DNA of 45,945 bases, taken from positions 72,570 through 118,514 of the forward strand of contig NMRA01000561.1 in assembly GCA_002633005.1 (NCBI GenBank). The letters run 5' to 3'. The stretch is from Phoronis australis (Eukaryota > Animalia > Phoronida). This document shows positions 44,716 through 45,945 of the stretch, one piece after another (position 1 is the first letter of the stretch; each line of letters opens with the position of its first letter). The position numbers and the translations under genes were made by a program. Under the pieces are notes generated by a model. It worked only from the letters and a program-made list of their open reading frames with translations, ran no database searches and was not told the DNA's origin.

Positions 44716-44728
44716 CCAATCACGTGAC
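44716..44728. promoter_or_regulatory. Overlapping CCAAT box and CLEAR-type E-box (CCAATCACGTGAC) ~70 bp upstream of the VPS50 ATG
   Basis: Motif match and position only. Confidence 0.5.
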
Positions 44729-45730
44729 TTAGAAATCACTCAAAATATCCAAATTTTGAGTATAAATAAAACACTTGATGAAGGGATAGAGCTAATAGAC
44801 AAGTGAATGAACGCATAATGTCTTAGTAGATTGGTTTGTTAATAATTAATAATTTTGTTGACAATATTATTATTGAAGCGCGCAGGTCAAAGTACTGCCT
44901 GAGGTCAAGAAACCGCTGGCTGCAGCTCTGTTTTCAGCTGGTGTTCAGCTGGAAAGTTGTTTGTAACTATAGTTACAGTACATCTTAAGTGAGGGTAAGC
45001 GATTTTGTGTGATTTAATACGAAAAGAACCGCAGAAATGGGGGTGAAATTCCTATAAAAATTACATTTACCCTGGACTTACAGTACGAGCCTATCCGTCC
45101 AGGCACTCACCTAAGCGTGCCGTGAGCAGGCTGAGCCTGAGGTGAAAGTGCCTGCTGTGGGACGGGATCTTGTCTCAATCTTTCTCGTACATACCGCTAG
45201 TAGAATTTTACTGTAATAGTGGCGTAATACTCTGGAGAGAGTGTGCTCACTTTAACCAGGAAGAAGAAGAAGATTTTCCATGTCCTGTGCGTTCTTAGAG
45301 GGCATTTGTTGGCTGGTAAATGCCCTCTTCCCAACTGATTCCGCCCCCAATTTTTCTTCCCCATGTACCCCACACCTACCGGTGATCACTCCTAATCAGC
45401 ATTGCATTAAGTAGCCAGTACTGATGTTTTGCAGCCTTACTGTCAATAGAGTCACTTTTAGGTTTGAGTGCAGTTCACGAAAGGCCACTTCTAAGGCAAG
45501 CTCACATTCAGGGTAATAGTCGGATAACTTGGTCCCATTTCAAATTCTGTCAGGAATACTTAAAAAATAAAATGAAGTGTCGCAATATACAATTGCCCAC
45601 TCTCATGGATCACGCGCGCCACTCCACTCTCACTTTTTCGTGAAATCTACAACATTTGAGAAGATACGCGACAAATTATATTCGCCTCCCGAGCGTTTTT
45701 CCTCAATCCAAGATGTCCGCCAATGAACTC

Positions 45731-45835
45731 ACGTTCGCGAGAGGACCGGCGTTGTTCTCGCGAACGGGGTCACGTTCGCGAGAGAACACGTGTTGTCTTC
45801 TCGCAAACGCAAACTAACTAACGTTCGCAAGAGGC
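45731..45835. promoter_or_regulatory. Five alternating TCTCGCGAACG-like motifs (TCTCGCGAGA-type promoter element cluster or TE subterminal repeats)
   Basis: Copies at 45734, 45756, 45775, 45799 and 45824 in alternating orientation; CRE TGACGTCA at 45921. Confidence 0.4.
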
Positions 45836-45945
45836 CAAAAATGAACCCAATGAGAAAACGCAAAACTCCAACTTAGTTAAAAGAGATTTTTAAAAAAGGT
45901 TTTGTCGTTTCACCCGCTGATGACGTCATGCCCCACTATGCCAGG

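Noticed and set aside
44700-45945. Telomerase RNA, RNase P/MRP, 7SK or snRNA gene upstream of VPS50
   Set aside because: No CTAACCCT template or other diagnostic conserved motifs on either strand

Overview
This is eukaryotic (metazoan) genomic DNA, not prokaryotic. A marine invertebrate such as a mollusc is my guess from the repeat repertoire only. One spliced gene on the minus strand spans the window: VPS50 (syndetin/CCDC132, EARP complex subunit). I traced 21 coding exons by hand from the ATG at 44651 down to 3020. All have GT-AG boundaries and consistent phases (2718 nt, 906 codons); the last exon and stop codon lie left of the window. The introns hold many elements: a Helentron/HINE-type element whose ~145-bp internal repeats each carry a CTCF-like motif, a decayed L1/Tx1 LINE, a decayed piggyBac-type transposase split by a Kolobok-type element and truncated by a Penelope GIY-YIG fragment with a hammerhead-like motif, a 5.1-kb TIR element, a Tc1/mariner-type MITE, a hAT-like element with a 5-bp TSD, an Academ-like remnant, several fold-back elements and nine unrelated tandem repeats. 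The most unusual signals are (i) tandem amplification of the gene's own splice junctions (8 copies of the exon 16 donor, 2 of the exon 11 donor, decayed copies of the exon 9 acceptor) within a wider pattern of exon-adjacent repeats, (ii) the phased CTCF-like motif array carried by a mobile element, and (iii) an unexplained multi-helix sequence upstream of the gene. Most ORFs in the supplied track are spurious.
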